In this document: positions 10,331 through 20,984 of the stretch, piece by piece
Layout of the letters: each line of letters begins with the position of its first letter
Position numbering within the stretch: position 1 is the stretch's first letter
Assembly: GCA_964291315.2 (NCBI GenBank)
Contig: OZ219750.1
Span: 288,001 to 352,000 of the forward strand
Origin: Candidatus Poribacteria bacterium
Lineage (GTDB): Bacteria; Poribacteria; WGA-4E; WGA-3G
Direction of reading: 5' to 3'
Length of the DNA stretch: 64,000 nucleotides
Position numbers and translations under genes: made by a program
Notes under the pieces: generated by a model
Databases searched by the model: none
What the model was told of the DNA's origin: nothing
Seen by the model: the letters and a program-made list of their open reading frames with translations, nothing else

Positions 10331-11247
10331 CCTCAAGACTCATCTGCCTCCTCGGTCCTACAGCGGTTGGCAAAACGGAGGTGGCGATTCGACTGGCACA
10401 ACGCCTTGATGCTGAAATAATCTCTGTCGATTCCCGACAAATCTATCGCCAGATGGACATCGGGACTGCTAAGCCGACGCTTGAAGAGCAACAAGCAGCA
10501 CGGCATCACCTCATAGATTGCATAGATATTTCTGAACGCTTTTCCGTTGTCGACTATCAATGTCTCGCCGACGCAGCGGTCACCGACATCCAAAACAGAG
10601 GCAAACAGGTACTGCTTGTTGGTGGCGCTGGCCTCTATTTTCGGGCGATTGTTGACGGTCTGTTTGAAGGACCAGGAGCAGATCCTGTCCTCCGTGGACA
10701 GCTTGAGCGGGAGGCAGCGCAGCACGGGGCGGATGTTCTCCACGAACGGCTTCGTGTGTGTGATCCAAAATCTGCTGACCGAATCCATCCTAACAACATC
10801 GTCCGTGTTGTTCGTGCATTAGAGGTCTATGAGTTGACTGGCACCCGTATGTCCGAATTTCAACGTCAGTGGTGTTTGGAGTCCCCCCGTTATCCGTTTA
10901 TAGCCTTTTGCCTGACTATGCCGCGAGCGTTGCTTTATCGTTGTATAGAGGAGCGGGTCGATAGGATGCTTGCAAACGGTTTGCTTGTCGAGGTTGAATC
11001 GTTATTAGCGTCTGGTTATCCGCGGAGTGCTGTTGCTCTTCAAAGTTTTGGATATAAAGAGTTGATCTCGTATCTAGATGGAGCATGTACATATAACGAA
11101 GCTATCTCACAACTCAAGCAGAACACTCGCCGCTTCGCCAAGCGGCAGCTCACATGGTTTCGCAAAGATGTCCGTCTTGAATGGATAGACCGAGAATCAA
11201 CACCGGATGTCGTTTCGTATATTTTGAAAAGAATTGAGGGTTTTTAA
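10327..11247 (+). CDS. miaA: tRNA dimethylallyltransferase MiaA
   Basis: GPTAVGKT, DSRQIYRQMDIGTAKP, HHLID, VGGAGLY, TRRFAKRQLTWF; ATGA overlap with mnmA. Confidence 0.97.
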   Translation: MTSRLICLLGPTAVGKTEVAIRLAQRLDAEIISVDSRQIYRQMDIGTAKPTLEEQQAARHHLIDCIDISERFSVVDYQCLADAAVTDIQNRGKQVLLVGGAGLYFRAIVDGLFEGPGADPVLRGQLEREAAQHGADVLHERLRVCDPKSADRIHPNNIVRVVRALEVYELTGTRMSEFQRQWCLESPRYPFIAFCLTMPRALLYRCIEERVDRMLANGLLVEVESLLASGYPRSAVALQSFGYKELISYLDGACTYNEAISQLKQNTRRFAKRQLTWFRKDVRLEWIDRESTPDVVSYILKRIEGF

Positions 11248-11307
11248 GAGCAGTAGGTGTATAGAATTTTCTTGATTTTATTCGCCAGATTTCCTATTAG
11301 TTCTAAT

Positions 11308-14300
11308 ATGTCACACCTTAAATCCAGCATTCGAGACAATCATACAAGGGGGAGCGTTGGAGATTTTCTGAAGGCCAAAATCGAAAAAGACTCATCTCTT
11401 TCGATTGTTTCCGCTTATTTCACAATCCATGCCTTTCAGGCACTCAAAGAGGGGCTCACAGAAATTAAAGGGCTCCGGTTTCTTTACGGTGAACCCCGTT
11501 TCATAAAGAGTCTTGATCCCGAAAAGACTGCCAAGAAGGCCTTCGAGATTGAAGGCGAAGGTTTGACTTTTGATGTCCTACTGAAACAAAATTGGATTGC
11601 TAGGGCTTGTGCTGCCTGGATCCGGGAAAAGGTAGAGATCCGCTCTATTCGGAAATCCAATTTGATGCATGCGAAGATGTATCACATCGACAATAGCGGT
11701 ATAGAGGATGCTATTGTTGGAAGCTCCAATTTCACCCTACGTGGACTCGGGATGAGTTCAACAGACAATAACATTGAGCTCAATCTGGAAGTCGATAGCA
11801 ACCGAGATCGCAATGATGTCAAATTGTGGTTTGATGAGATCTGGGATGACACAAAACTCGTCGAGGATGTCAAAGACGAAGTGCTCTTATACCTTGAGCG
11901 ACTCTATCAGAACAACTCTCCGGAATTTATCTACTATAAAACGTTATATCATATCTTTGAACGTTTCTTAGACGATCAGAGAGAAAGTGGATTGCTTGCT
12001 GAGGATGTGCAGCTCATGGATACAGTTATCTGGGACACCCTATTCGAGTTTCAGAAGGACGCTGTAAAAGGGGCGATAAATAAAATTCGGCAGCATAACG
12101 GATGTATCATTGCGGATAGCGTTGGTTTGGGCAAAACCTTCGAGGCGTTGGCTATAATTAAATACTTTGAGCTTTTGAATAACAGAGTGCTCGTAATCTG
12201 CCCCAAGAAGTTGCGGGACAATTGGACCGTTTACCGTGCGGAGAATAATAGCGAACTGAACCTGTTCCTCAAAGACCGATTCGGATATACAGTGCTGTCA
12301 CATACTGACCTAAGTCGAGATAGCGGGAAGTCAGGTGATATTGATCTCAAAACAGTCAACTGGGGCAACTACGATCTGGTAGTCATTGATGAATCGCATA
12401 ATTTTCGGAACAATACACCGGGAAAGAAAGATGAGGACGGTAACTTAATCCGCAAAAGTCGTTACCAACGACTCATGGAGGATATTATCCAGAACGGGAT
12501 AAAAACTAAAGTGCTCTTGCTGTCTGCTACGCCCGTGAACAATAACCTCAAGGACCTTCGTAACCAGATCTATTTTCTTACTGAGGGGCAAGACGACGCT
12601 TTTCGCGAATCACTCGGCATTGCCAGCCTGAAGAATACCCTTGCAGATGCACAACGCACTTTCACCGAATGGTCAAAGGGCAGCAACCGCCAGACACGCG
12701 GTCTGCTCGAACGACTCAGTACTCCTTTCTTCAAACTCCTTGACGGAGTGACTATTGCTCGATCTCGAAAACATGTTGAAAAATACTATCCAGAGTCTAT
12801 TAAAGAACTTGGGGGATTTCCAGATCGAAACAAGCCAATTTCTGTCTACACGGATATTGATTTGCAAAGACATTTCGTGTCTTACGACGAACTGAACGAA
12901 GAAATTTCCGAGTACCAGCTCTCCCTATTTAACCCTTCAAAGTACGTGCTGCCCCAATACATCTCCCAATATGAGGATGGACAAGTTGGGCAATTTACGC
13001 AAAGCAACAGGGAACACTATCTGATTGGCATGATGAAGATAAATTTTCTCAAACGGTTAGAAAGCTCCGTTCATTCGTTTGGCATTACGATGAGGCGGAC
13101 AATCGAGAAAATTGAGAAACTCGAAAAACGGATTAAGCGATTCCAGAAGTTTCGCGACGAGAATTCGGGTATGGACCTGGACGCTCTCGAAATTGAAGCA
13201 TCTGAGGATGAGGAATTGCGCGAAGCGATGCAGGTAGGTAAGAATCTAGTCTTCAAAATGGCGCACCTTGATACTCAGAGGTGGTTGGAGGACCTCGAAC
13301 GCGACCGGGAGCAGCTTGAATTACCGCGCCTCTATGCAGAGGATGTGACTGCGGATCGCGATGCTAAACTTGTGAGGCTCAAGGAGCTCATCGCTGAGCA
13401 GGTTAAACACCCTATAACAGATAAAGCGGGGCAACCGAATCGCAAGGTCCTAGTATTTACTGCTTTTGCGGATACTGCTGACTATCTCTATCGGGCTTTA
13501 AAACAGTGGGCAACTGAAGATCTGGGGATTCATATTGCAACGGTCTCGGGCGGTGCTGGTGGTAACAAGACAACCTTCGGCAAGGTTGAATTCAGCAATA
13601 TTTTAACAAATTTTTCTCCGAATTCCAAAAAACGACACTTGATGAAATCTATGCCACAGGATCAGGAGATAGATCTGCTCATTGGGACGGATTGCATCTC
13701 AGAAGGACAGAATCTGCAAGACTGTGGTTATCTCGTTAACTATGACATCCACTGGAACCCGGTGCGTATCATTCAACGGTTTGGACGGATCGACCGCATC
13801 GGAAACAGCAATGACCGCATCCAGCTCGTCAACTTCTGGCCAACCCCGGATCTCAACCGTTACATCCAATTGAAAAGTCGGGTTGAAGCGAGGATGGCAC
13901 TCGTAGACATTGCCGCAACACAGGGAGATAATCTGTTAGACCCTGATGGAATTCAGGAACTCCTTGAAGATGATCTCAAATATCGCGATCAACAATTGCT
14001 AAGACTGAAAGACGAGGTCCTGGACATCGAAGATTTCGATGAAAGTGTTGCCCTTAACGAGTTCACGCTCGACGATTTCCGTATTGACTTGATGAATTAT
14101 ATTGAAAGCAATCGAAAAATGCTTGAGGACACCCCGTTAGGACTCTACGCGGTTGTTCCACCTCACTCGGTGTATCAGGTGATTACTAAAGGCGTTATTT
14201 TCTGCTTTCGACAGAAAGCTGATTCAGTTGGAAATGAAAAGATAAACCCGCTGCAGCCCTACTTCCTTGTTTACGTTCGAGAGAATGGCGAAGTGCGGTA

Positions 14301-14592
14301 TACTTTCACACACCCTAAACAGATCCTTGAGATGTACCGCCTCTTGTGTGCAGGCGTGGGTAAGCCCTACGAAGACCTATGTACTTTGTTTGACAGTCAG
14401 ACGAAAAACGGCACGGAGATGAATTATTACAACGATCTGCTCCAGAAAGCGGTTAACTCGCTCAGCCGCACCTATCGGAAACGAGCGATTGGCAATCTCT
14501 TGGCGAGCCGTGGTGGAAGACTTGTTAAACAACAGAACCAGGTACAAGATATAACGGATTTTGAACTTATTACATGGTTGGTAATTCAATGA
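11308..14592 (+). CDS. Phospholipase D-type nuclease domain fused to SNF2-family helicase (defence-associated)
   Basis: HAKMYHID (HxKxxxxD) plus GSSNFT; DSVGLGKT; IDESH; SATP; SEGQNLQ, YDIHWNP, QRFGRIDR. Confidence 0.9.
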   Translation: MSHLKSSIRDNHTRGSVGDFLKAKIEKDSSLSIVSAYFTIHAFQALKEGLTEIKGLRFLYGEPRFIKSLDPEKTAKKAFEIEGEGLTFDVLLKQNWIARACAAWIREKVEIRSIRKSNLMHAKMYHIDNSGIEDAIVGSSNFTLRGLGMSSTDNNIELNLEVDSNRDRNDVKLWFDEIWDDTKLVEDVKDEVLLYLERLYQNNSPEFIYYKTLYHIFERFLDDQRESGLLAEDVQLMDTVIWDTLFEFQKDAVKGAINKIRQHNGCIIADSVGLGKTFEALAIIKYFELLNNRVLVICPKKLRDNWTVYRAENNSELNLFLKDRFGYTVLSHTDLSRDSGKSGDIDLKTVNWGNYDLVVIDESHNFRNNTPGKKDEDGNLIRKSRYQRLMEDIIQNGIKTKVLLLSATPVNNNLKDLRNQIYFLTEGQDDAFRESLGIASLKNTLADAQRTFTEWSKGSNRQTRGLLERLSTPFFKLLDGVTIARSRKHVEKYYPESIKELGGFPDRNKPISVYTDIDLQRHFVSYDELNEEISEYQLSLFNPSKYVLPQYISQYEDGQVGQFTQSNREHYLIGMMKINFLKRLESSVHSFGITMRRTIEKIEKLEKRIKRFQKFRDENSGMDLDALEIEASEDEELREAMQVGKNLVFKMAHLDTQRWLEDLERDREQLELPRLYAEDVTADRDAKLVRLKELIAEQVKHPITDKAGQPNRKVLVFTAFADTADYLYRALKQWATEDLGIHIATVSGGAGGNKTTFGKVEFSNILTNFSPNSKKRHLMKSMPQDQEIDLLIGTDCISEGQNLQDCGYLVNYDIHWNPVRIIQRFGRIDRIGNSNDRIQLVNFWPTPDLNRYIQLKSRVEARMALVDIAATQGDNLLDPDGIQELLEDDLKYRDQQLLRLKDEVLDIEDFDESVALNEFTLDDFRIDLMNYIESNRKMLEDTPLGLYAVVPPHSVYQVITKGVIFCFRQKADSVGNEKINPLQPYFLVYVRENGEVRYTFTHPKQILEMYRLLCAGVGKPYEDLCTLFDSQTKNGTEMNYYNDLLQKAVNSLSRTYRKRAIGNLLASRGGRLVKQQNQVQDITDFELITWLVIQ

Positions 14593-17500
14593 ACGAACTC
14601 CGGATAAAAAGAAATATTGAACAGGTACTTAAAGACTTTCAACGCGGTCCGCTGAAACTGAATGCCAGAAACCTACTTAATGCGCTCGGTTATGAGAGTG
14701 AGATGATAATGGATCTCGAATCTAGTCTCGCTGAGGAATTTATTTCAGTTTTTAGCGAGTTCGGGAAATTGGATCGGCAGCGGGCAATCGTAGACGAGTG
14801 GGAAACTATTGATTTCCTGTTTCAACTCACTGAAGAAGAACTCTCCGGTACAGGCCAGACGCGAATCGTTTTTTCTAACCGACAGTTTGACGATACGATT
14901 ATGGAGTCCTATGTTTTCTTCGCTTTGAAACTCAGGGAAGACAATTATACCCGCGCACAGCTATCGACAATCACTCGCGAAGTTAACAAAATCATGCCCA
15001 TGCCCGCCATGATAATCTTTCAGCATGGTGAAACCTTGACGCTTGCAGTTATTGATCGCCGTTTGCACAAGCGCGACGAATCAAGAGACGTTCTTGAAAA
15101 GGTAACCCTGATTAAAGATATTGATTTCCACGAGCCGCACCCTGCGCACATTAAGATACTGTTTGACCTATCGCGCAATGAGTTGTTCAGGGTTCACGGT
15201 TTTAGTAACTTTGTCGAACTCCATCGTGCATGGGAAAAGACTTTGGACATTCAGGAACTAAACAGAAAGTTCTATCGTGAACTATCTGATTGGTATTTCT
15301 GGGCGGTAGAGCGTGTTGCGTTCCCGGAAGATGCAGGCAAAGAGGTAGATATCCGCAACGCTACGAGTGTGATCCGTCTGATTACGCGATTGATTTTTGT
15401 CTGGTTCATCAAGGAAAAGAGATTAATCCCGGATATCTTTTTTAATCCGAGGGAGATAGAGGATATCCTTGTTAGCACGGATCCACAGGAGAGTAGCTAC
15501 TACAAGGCTATTCTCCAAAACCTATTCTTTGCCACCCTTAATCAAGAGATGAACACACCTCAGAAATCTGATAACCGTAAATTTCGCGGCAAGGGGCGAC
15601 AACACTACAATATCACATCGCTCTACCGCTATGAAGAATATTTTTCGCATCCAGATGCGGCATTGCGCCATTTTGAGACAATCCCTTTCCTGAATGGTGG
15701 TCTCTTTGAGTGTCTTGATAAGAAAAGTCCCGAGGATTCCAGTAAAATTTTGCGGATTGATGGATTTTCTGATCGGATTGATAATTCGTTGTCTGTTCCG
15801 AATTTTCTGTTTTTTTCTCAGGAAAGGGAGGTTGACCTCAACAAATTCTACGGTACAAAAGGTAAAAGATATAAGGTTCGGGGGTTAATTGAAATTCTGC
15901 GCCGCTACAAGTTTACAATTACTGAGAACACCCCGATTGAAGAGGAAGTCGCCCTTGACCCCGAGTTGCTTGGAAAGGTCTTTGAGAACCTGCTTGCTGC
16001 GTATAACCCTGAAACAGACACGACCGCTCGTAAGCAGACGGGTTCTTTCTACACCCCGCGTGAGGTTGTTAATTACATGGTTGGTGAGTCGCTCATTGCC
16101 TATCTCACAGACGCATTAGATACATCATCTTTTCCTTCTGATGAAGAGGGTCAGGAGGTAACTCTCAAACTCCGGCACCTCTTCTCCTATAGCGACGAAC
16201 CGCATCAATTTACACATATTGAAACCCAGCATCTCATCAACGCTATTGACACCGTCAAAATACTAGATCCTGCGTGTGGATCCGGTGCCTTCCCCATGGG
16301 CGTTCTACATAAGCTGGTTTTCGTTTTGGGAAAACTTGACCCCGGCAATGAGCAGTGGAGACAACGGCAAATCGATAAAGTTGATACCCTTATCAACATG
16401 GCAGAGACTATTGACGACAGCACTGTTCGGCGGAACACCGTCCGTGAGCTCGAACGAGAAAAGGACAATATCAACGAAGCGTTTGAACGCAATGAACTTG
16501 ACTACGGCAGAAAGCTCTATCTCATAGAGAATTGCCTCTACGGTGTAGACATTCAACCGGTTGCTGTCCAGATCGCCAAGCTTCGTTTTTTTATTTCGCT
16601 TGTTGCAGATCAGCGAATTGACGATGCGCAAGAAAACAGAGGCGTGCGTCCGTTACCGAATTTAGAAACCAAGTTTGTAGCGGGAAACACACTTATTCGG
16701 GTGGAGAAACCGGAACAGCTGTCAATGCGGAATCCGGAGATTGATCGGAAGGAAAGGGAATTAAGCGGAGTCCGCCGGAAATACTTCACCGCTCGAACGC
16801 CGAGGACTAAAGAGAAGTGGCGTGTTCTTGATAAGCAGCTCCGCGCCGACATGAGTCTGTTGCTTAGAGATGACGGTTTCCCCAGCGAAACGACTGAAAA
16901 AATCGCCAATTGGGATCCGTATGACCAAAATGCTGTTGCTGATTTCTTTGATGCCGAGTGGATGTTCAATATTGCCGACGGTTTTGATGTTGTGATTGGC
17001 AATCCGCCTTATGTTAATATTGTAAACCTTTCTGTTATACTTAGGGATTATCTGTTCAAGAATTACCGGGCCTGTCAAAGGAGAACCGATATCTACATCG
17101 CTTTTCTTGAAAAATCTATTTCCATCCTTAGTGTGAAGGGAATTATGAGTTTCATTCTTCCATACGCTTTCGCTGTGCAGAAATATGGAGAGAAAATGCG
17201 TCAGATTCTGATAGGAAATCATACTATTCGGGAAATCGTGGATGCTAGTAGTTACCGGATTTTTGAGAACGCTTTTGTGTACAATATTATTTTGACAGTC
17301 GGTAATTATAAAGTACCGGCTCGTACGAAAGTGCGCTTGTATCACAGCAATGAGGATTTTGATAAGGGCGGAGGGACGGAATTCTTGATTGATCAACATT
17401 CTTTTGCGAAGCTCAAAGATTCTCGTCTTGAAACTAAACCTTATGTATTTGACAGTTTGAAGATAAAAGAAAAGATATTACGGTGTTCAGTTCGCTTTGA

Positions 17501-18191
17501 TCAGATTTGTCTTGTCTCTTACGGGGCCAGGCTCAATCATCGCTCAAACAAAAAATTGCGTAAAGTTCATTATATCAGTCAAGTACCAACTTCGGGCAGT
17601 AAACGATTTTGTGAGGGGAAAACATTAAAGCGTTACACCTTTTCTCAGATAGGCTGGTTGAACTATACTCCAGATGAACACTACAACCCGATGTTTCCAG
17701 AGTTGTTTGAGAACAAAAAATTGATGTTTGTTAATATTGTGAAAGATCGGTTACGTTTTGCCTATGATGATGAAGGTTTTTACAACAGTAATACAATTGT
17801 GAATTGCGTCCGATTGGATTTACTTTCGGGTGCGTCTCATATTTCAGCCCGTCGCGCTATTCGAGCTGCTGATAACGGTTTTGCTAAGAAGCATGATTAC
17901 AAGTTTCTTTTGGGTGTGCTGAACTCTGATTTCATCAATTGGTACTTCCGCAACTTTTTAAGCGAAGGGTTACACTTTTATCCAAATGATGCCAAAGAGC
18001 TACCTATCCCTGATGTAGCTTTTGAAAAACAAGCTCCGATTATTGAAATTGTTGATCGAATCCTGATTGCCAAACACACTGATCCAGACGCGGACACGAC
18101 TGAAATGGAAAAAGAGATTGACAAACTGGTATATGCTTTATACGGCTTAACCGATGCTGAGATTGCGGTTGTGGAGGCATTAGAGGGATAA
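14589..18191 (+). CDS. Eco57I/type IIG-like N6-adenine DNA methyltransferase with C-terminal TaqI-like target-recognition region
   Basis: FLNGGLF, LLGKVFENLL, GSFYTPR, ILDPACGSGAF (motif I), VIGNPPY (motif IV), LGVLNS...LPIP...LYGLT tail; ATGA overlap with the helicase. Confidence 0.9.
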   Translation: MNELRIKRNIEQVLKDFQRGPLKLNARNLLNALGYESEMIMDLESSLAEEFISVFSEFGKLDRQRAIVDEWETIDFLFQLTEEELSGTGQTRIVFSNRQFDDTIMESYVFFALKLREDNYTRAQLSTITREVNKIMPMPAMIIFQHGETLTLAVIDRRLHKRDESRDVLEKVTLIKDIDFHEPHPAHIKILFDLSRNELFRVHGFSNFVELHRAWEKTLDIQELNRKFYRELSDWYFWAVERVAFPEDAGKEVDIRNATSVIRLITRLIFVWFIKEKRLIPDIFFNPREIEDILVSTDPQESSYYKAILQNLFFATLNQEMNTPQKSDNRKFRGKGRQHYNITSLYRYEEYFSHPDAALRHFETIPFLNGGLFECLDKKSPEDSSKILRIDGFSDRIDNSLSVPNFLFFSQEREVDLNKFYGTKGKRYKVRGLIEILRRYKFTITENTPIEEEVALDPELLGKVFENLLAAYNPETDTTARKQTGSFYTPREVVNYMVGESLIAYLTDALDTSSFPSDEEGQEVTLKLRHLFSYSDEPHQFTHIETQHLINAIDTVKILDPACGSGAFPMGVLHKLVFVLGKLDPGNEQWRQRQIDKVDTLINMAETIDDSTVRRNTVRELEREKDNINEAFERNELDYGRKLYLIENCLYGVDIQPVAVQIAKLRFFISLVADQRIDDAQENRGVRPLPNLETKFVAGNTLIRVEKPEQLSMRNPEIDRKERELSGVRRKYFTARTPRTKEKWRVLDKQLRADMSLLLRDDGFPSETTEKIANWDPYDQNAVADFFDAEWMFNIADGFDVVIGNPPYVNIVNLSVILRDYLFKNYRACQRRTDIYIAFLEKSISILSVKGIMSFILPYAFAVQKYGEKMRQILIGNHTIREIVDASSYRIFENAFVYNIILTVGNYKVPARTKVRLYHSNEDFDKGGGTEFLIDQHSFAKLKDSRLETKPYVFDSLKIKEKILRCSVRFDQICLVSYGARLNHRSNKKLRKVHYISQVPTSGSKRFCEGKTLKRYTFSQIGWLNYTPDEHYNPMFPELFENKKLMFVNIVKDRLRFAYDDEGFYNSNTIVNCVRLDLLSGASHISARRAIRAADNGFAKKHDYKFLLGVLNSDFINWYFRNFLSEGLHFYPNDAKELPIPDVAFEKQAPIIEIVDRILIAKHTDPDADTTEMEKEIDKLVYALYGLTDAEIAVVEALEG

Positions 18192-18324
18192 TCTGAATCG
18201 CGTACGCTCCAGGTGAGCGATATGTCTATAGCTCCAAGTTGCTGCGTAAAGCTTGAAAGAACGCTTTCTCATCAAATCCGTACACGCCGATGGTAACAAT
18301 TTTGATTTGCATAGTAGACTTAAA

Positions 18325-18885
18325 TTACCTGTATTTTTTTCGAGAGACGAATGTGTTATCATCAAATAGCAACTGTTGCCCTCCCGTCAGTCGTTCAATG
18401 ACTTGTTCCTGCGTCAGTTGAGCACCTTTTTCGTCGATATGAATAACCTTTATGTTTTTCTCATTCGTGAGAGTGGTTCCGATGAGTTTGCAGCGGTGGC
18501 AGTCCTGCGGTTTCGCCTCGCTACACATTAGGATGATAGCGTGTTGTTGTTCGGAGGCTGTCTGAAGTCGTTGGATGCCATGCTGATAGGCCTGGGTCGC
18601 TTTGACCTTTTCGTAATCGACTTTGCCGTTGTCATTATAACAGGTTTTGTCGTCCGGTCTGCCGCCGATTGTATCTCCCATAAAAACGTAACGAATTCCG
18701 TGCTGTTCGATCGCGTCCGCAAGTGGTGCTTTAGAAAATTCCGGTTTATAGCGAGAATAAGGTGCCGATCGAACATCAATGAGATAGGCAATCTGATGCA
18801 TGTGTAGCAGTTCGATAAACACCTCTCTAGAATGACTGCCATAACCTATTGTATAGATTGGATTGCCTGTAGCTAGTTTTTCCAT
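18325..18885 (-). CDS. DUF488-family protein
   Basis: IYTIGY, LIDVRSAPYSR, LMCSE...CHR pattern. Confidence 0.85.
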   Translation of the reverse strand: MEKLATGNPIYTIGYGSHSREVFIELLHMHQIAYLIDVRSAPYSRYKPEFSKAPLADAIEQHGIRYVFMGDTIGGRPDDKTCYNDNGKVDYEKVKATQAYQHGIQRLQTASEQQHAIILMCSEAKPQDCHRCKLIGTTLTNEKNIKVIHIDEKGAQLTQEQVIERLTGGQQLLFDDNTFVSRKKYR

Positions 18886-19129
18886 GATAGATATATGGTA
18901 TCACAGGATCGTCGAAAATACAATTGAAGTTTTCTGATTTCTAACGTGGGTTTGATAATTATTGGTTCATCTTTGAATAAAGAGAATGTTTGTGTACCTT
19001 AAAGGTGATGCTGATTCTGACAAGCGTTGAGGATGCAAAGACTGACAGTCTATGCTACAAGTTGCTTGTATATGCTACAAAAGATCTCCGCTAAATCTTT
19101 TTTCAAACTCACGTTATACTAAAATAGGG

Positions 19130-19158
19130 TTGAAATTTCCGAAAATATCTTGTATAAT
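19130..19158 (+). promoter_or_regulatory. Sigma70-type promoter
   Basis: TTGAAA-N17-TATAAT upstream of the zinc peptidase gene. Confidence 0.6.
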
Positions 19159-19220
19159 TCCCTTAAAACTGACAATATCTAGTAGCCACAAGAACAACAC
19201 ACAGTTTGGAGGTGTTCATT

Positions 19221-19922
19221 ATGTTTTGGGGTTTCTTTGACCCGATGTATTTCGTATTTCTTGCGCCGGGGCTTGCGTTGTCCCTATACGCGACGTTTCG
19301 TACAAAGTCAACATTCTCGAAATATTCAAAGGTTGGTTCACGGAGTGGATTGACAGGTGCGCAGGCTGCTCAGCTTATGCTTCAGAGACATGGGGTGACC
19401 GGTGTGCGAGTTGAGCGGTCACGTGGATTTTTAAGTGACCATTACGATCCGAAAGACAAGGCATTGCGCCTCTCCGAAGATGTCTATTCAAGCCAGTCGC
19501 TCTCGGCGATAGGGGTCGCTTGCCACGAAGCCGGGCATGCGATGCAGGACGCTCACGGGTATGCGATGTTAACCTTACGGAGCGCGCTCGTACCTGCGAC
19601 GAACTTCAGCTCAACTTTTGCATATATCGTCATGATAGGGGGTTTCTTTCTCCAGATGGCTGGTTTGATTCTGATAGGAGTCTGCCTCTTTTCAGTGGGT
19701 GTCGTTTTTTCGCTGATTACGCTCCCCGTTGAATGGGATGCGAGCAAACGCGCCAAGCTAGCGATAGACGAGGCGGGCATGCTCACGCCGGAAGAAAATC
19801 GAGGCGCAGGGAAAGTCCTCAATGCTGCGTTTTTGACGTACGTTGCGGCGGCGGTAACAAGTCTCCTAACACTGCTCTATTACCTGTTTCGCTTAGGGTT
19901 TTTAGGTGGCGGAGACGAGTGA
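19221..19922 (+). CDS. Membrane neutral zinc metallopeptidase (YugP/Zn_peptidase_2 family)
   Basis: LSDHYDP, ACHEAGHAMQ (HExxH), ITLPVEWDASKRA, VLNAAFLTYVAA; RBS GGAGG. Confidence 0.9.
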   Translation: MFWGFFDPMYFVFLAPGLALSLYATFRTKSTFSKYSKVGSRSGLTGAQAAQLMLQRHGVTGVRVERSRGFLSDHYDPKDKALRLSEDVYSSQSLSAIGVACHEAGHAMQDAHGYAMLTLRSALVPATNFSSTFAYIVMIGGFFLQMAGLILIGVCLFSVGVVFSLITLPVEWDASKRAKLAIDEAGMLTPEENRGAGKVLNAAFLTYVAAAVTSLLTLLYYLFRLGFLGGGDE

Positions 19923-20044
19923 AGTTGAGAGGCTGTCAATTATCGCTTACGATCCTGCTTGTAACAATTTTCCGCGACTTAAGAAACTCCGGAGCGTGGT
20001 GGATTGTTACGTGGAGGTTTTAACTGACGCTCGACGACTGACAA

Positions 20045-20476
20045 CTATTGGATTTTGCTGGCAATATCTACGCCGGGCCACTGGTCGTCTTGCTCTGTAA
20101 TATCGACCACGATTCCGTCTGGGTCTTCTACCTTGAAAGCGATTGAGGGCAACTCGTCTGAATTTGGATCGTAAGGTTTGCTGCCATCTAAACCTTCCCA
20201 AGTAATCTCAAAACCGAGGTCTTCACAACGTTGTGCTGCCTCTTTCAGATTCGGTACACGAACCCCGATGTGTAGGTAGTCCAGCATTCCGCCGACATGC
20301 TTTGGGCGTTCAGGCCCGCGGTGCTGAAAGACGCGGAAGTTGTGATAGCCGTCTGTGAGGTCGTAGCAGCCGTTTGTTGTTGAGAAGACACGTAATCCAA
20401 GGGCATCGCGCCAGAAGCGGATGCTTTTTTCTAAGTCCGTTGTGCGGACACCGATGTGTACAAGTGTTGTTGACAT
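20045..20476 (-). CDS. VOC/glyoxalase-family protein
   Basis: LVHIGVRTTDLEKSIRFWRDALGL; second LHIGVRV; EDPDG. Confidence 0.85.
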   Translation of the reverse strand: MSTTLVHIGVRTTDLEKSIRFWRDALGLRVFSTTNGCYDLTDGYHNFRVFQHRGPERPKHVGGMLDYLHIGVRVPNLKEAAQRCEDLGFEITWEGLDGSKPYDPNSDELPSIAFKVEDPDGIVVDITEQDDQWPGVDIASKIQ

Positions 20477-20529
20477 GGGAGATTATCCTTTTGTTGATGA
20501 GTCGCTCATTTGCGAGGCGTTCCGCAAAT

Positions 20530-20928
20530 TTATGAATCACAATTGGTTTCTCGTTCACGGTTATAACGAACCGTTGTCTTGATGAGCGGCGCGAGTTGCA
20601 TTACTTTGCCGAGTGAACCGATGATTCCAATCTCACGAGTTGTTAGCGCGCCCATGACGTTGAGTTCACCAGTCCAGAATCTATAGGCAACATCGCCCGT
20701 CATTGTGAGTTCAACATCCGGGTCAATATCTTCACAGATGCCACAATCGATTGTATATTTGCCATTTGATGCCGTTAGTGTCATTGTACAGTCGGGCTGG
20801 CTGTAGGTGAATCGAACGCTCAGTTTCAATGCTTTGAGGCCTTCTTGTATTTCTGGCAACGTGGCAACTTCTGCAAACAGTTCACCGATATAACTATAGA
20901 GTTGGTCAGATGATTCAAATATGGCCAT
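20530..20928 (-). CDS. SCP2 sterol/lipid-binding domain protein
   Basis: PDVELTMTGD...FWTGELNVMGAL...IIGSL...MQL pattern. Confidence 0.7.
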   Translation of the reverse strand: MAIFESSDQLYSYIGELFAEVATLPEIQEGLKALKLSVRFTYSQPDCTMTLTASNGKYTIDCGICEDIDPDVELTMTGDVAYRFWTGELNVMGALTTREIGIIGSLGKVMQLAPLIKTTVRYNRERETNCDS

Positions 20929-20984
20929 AAGTTTAAGCTATAACATAACATAATAACAGGTTGGAGGTCAAATTAAAAATCGAA

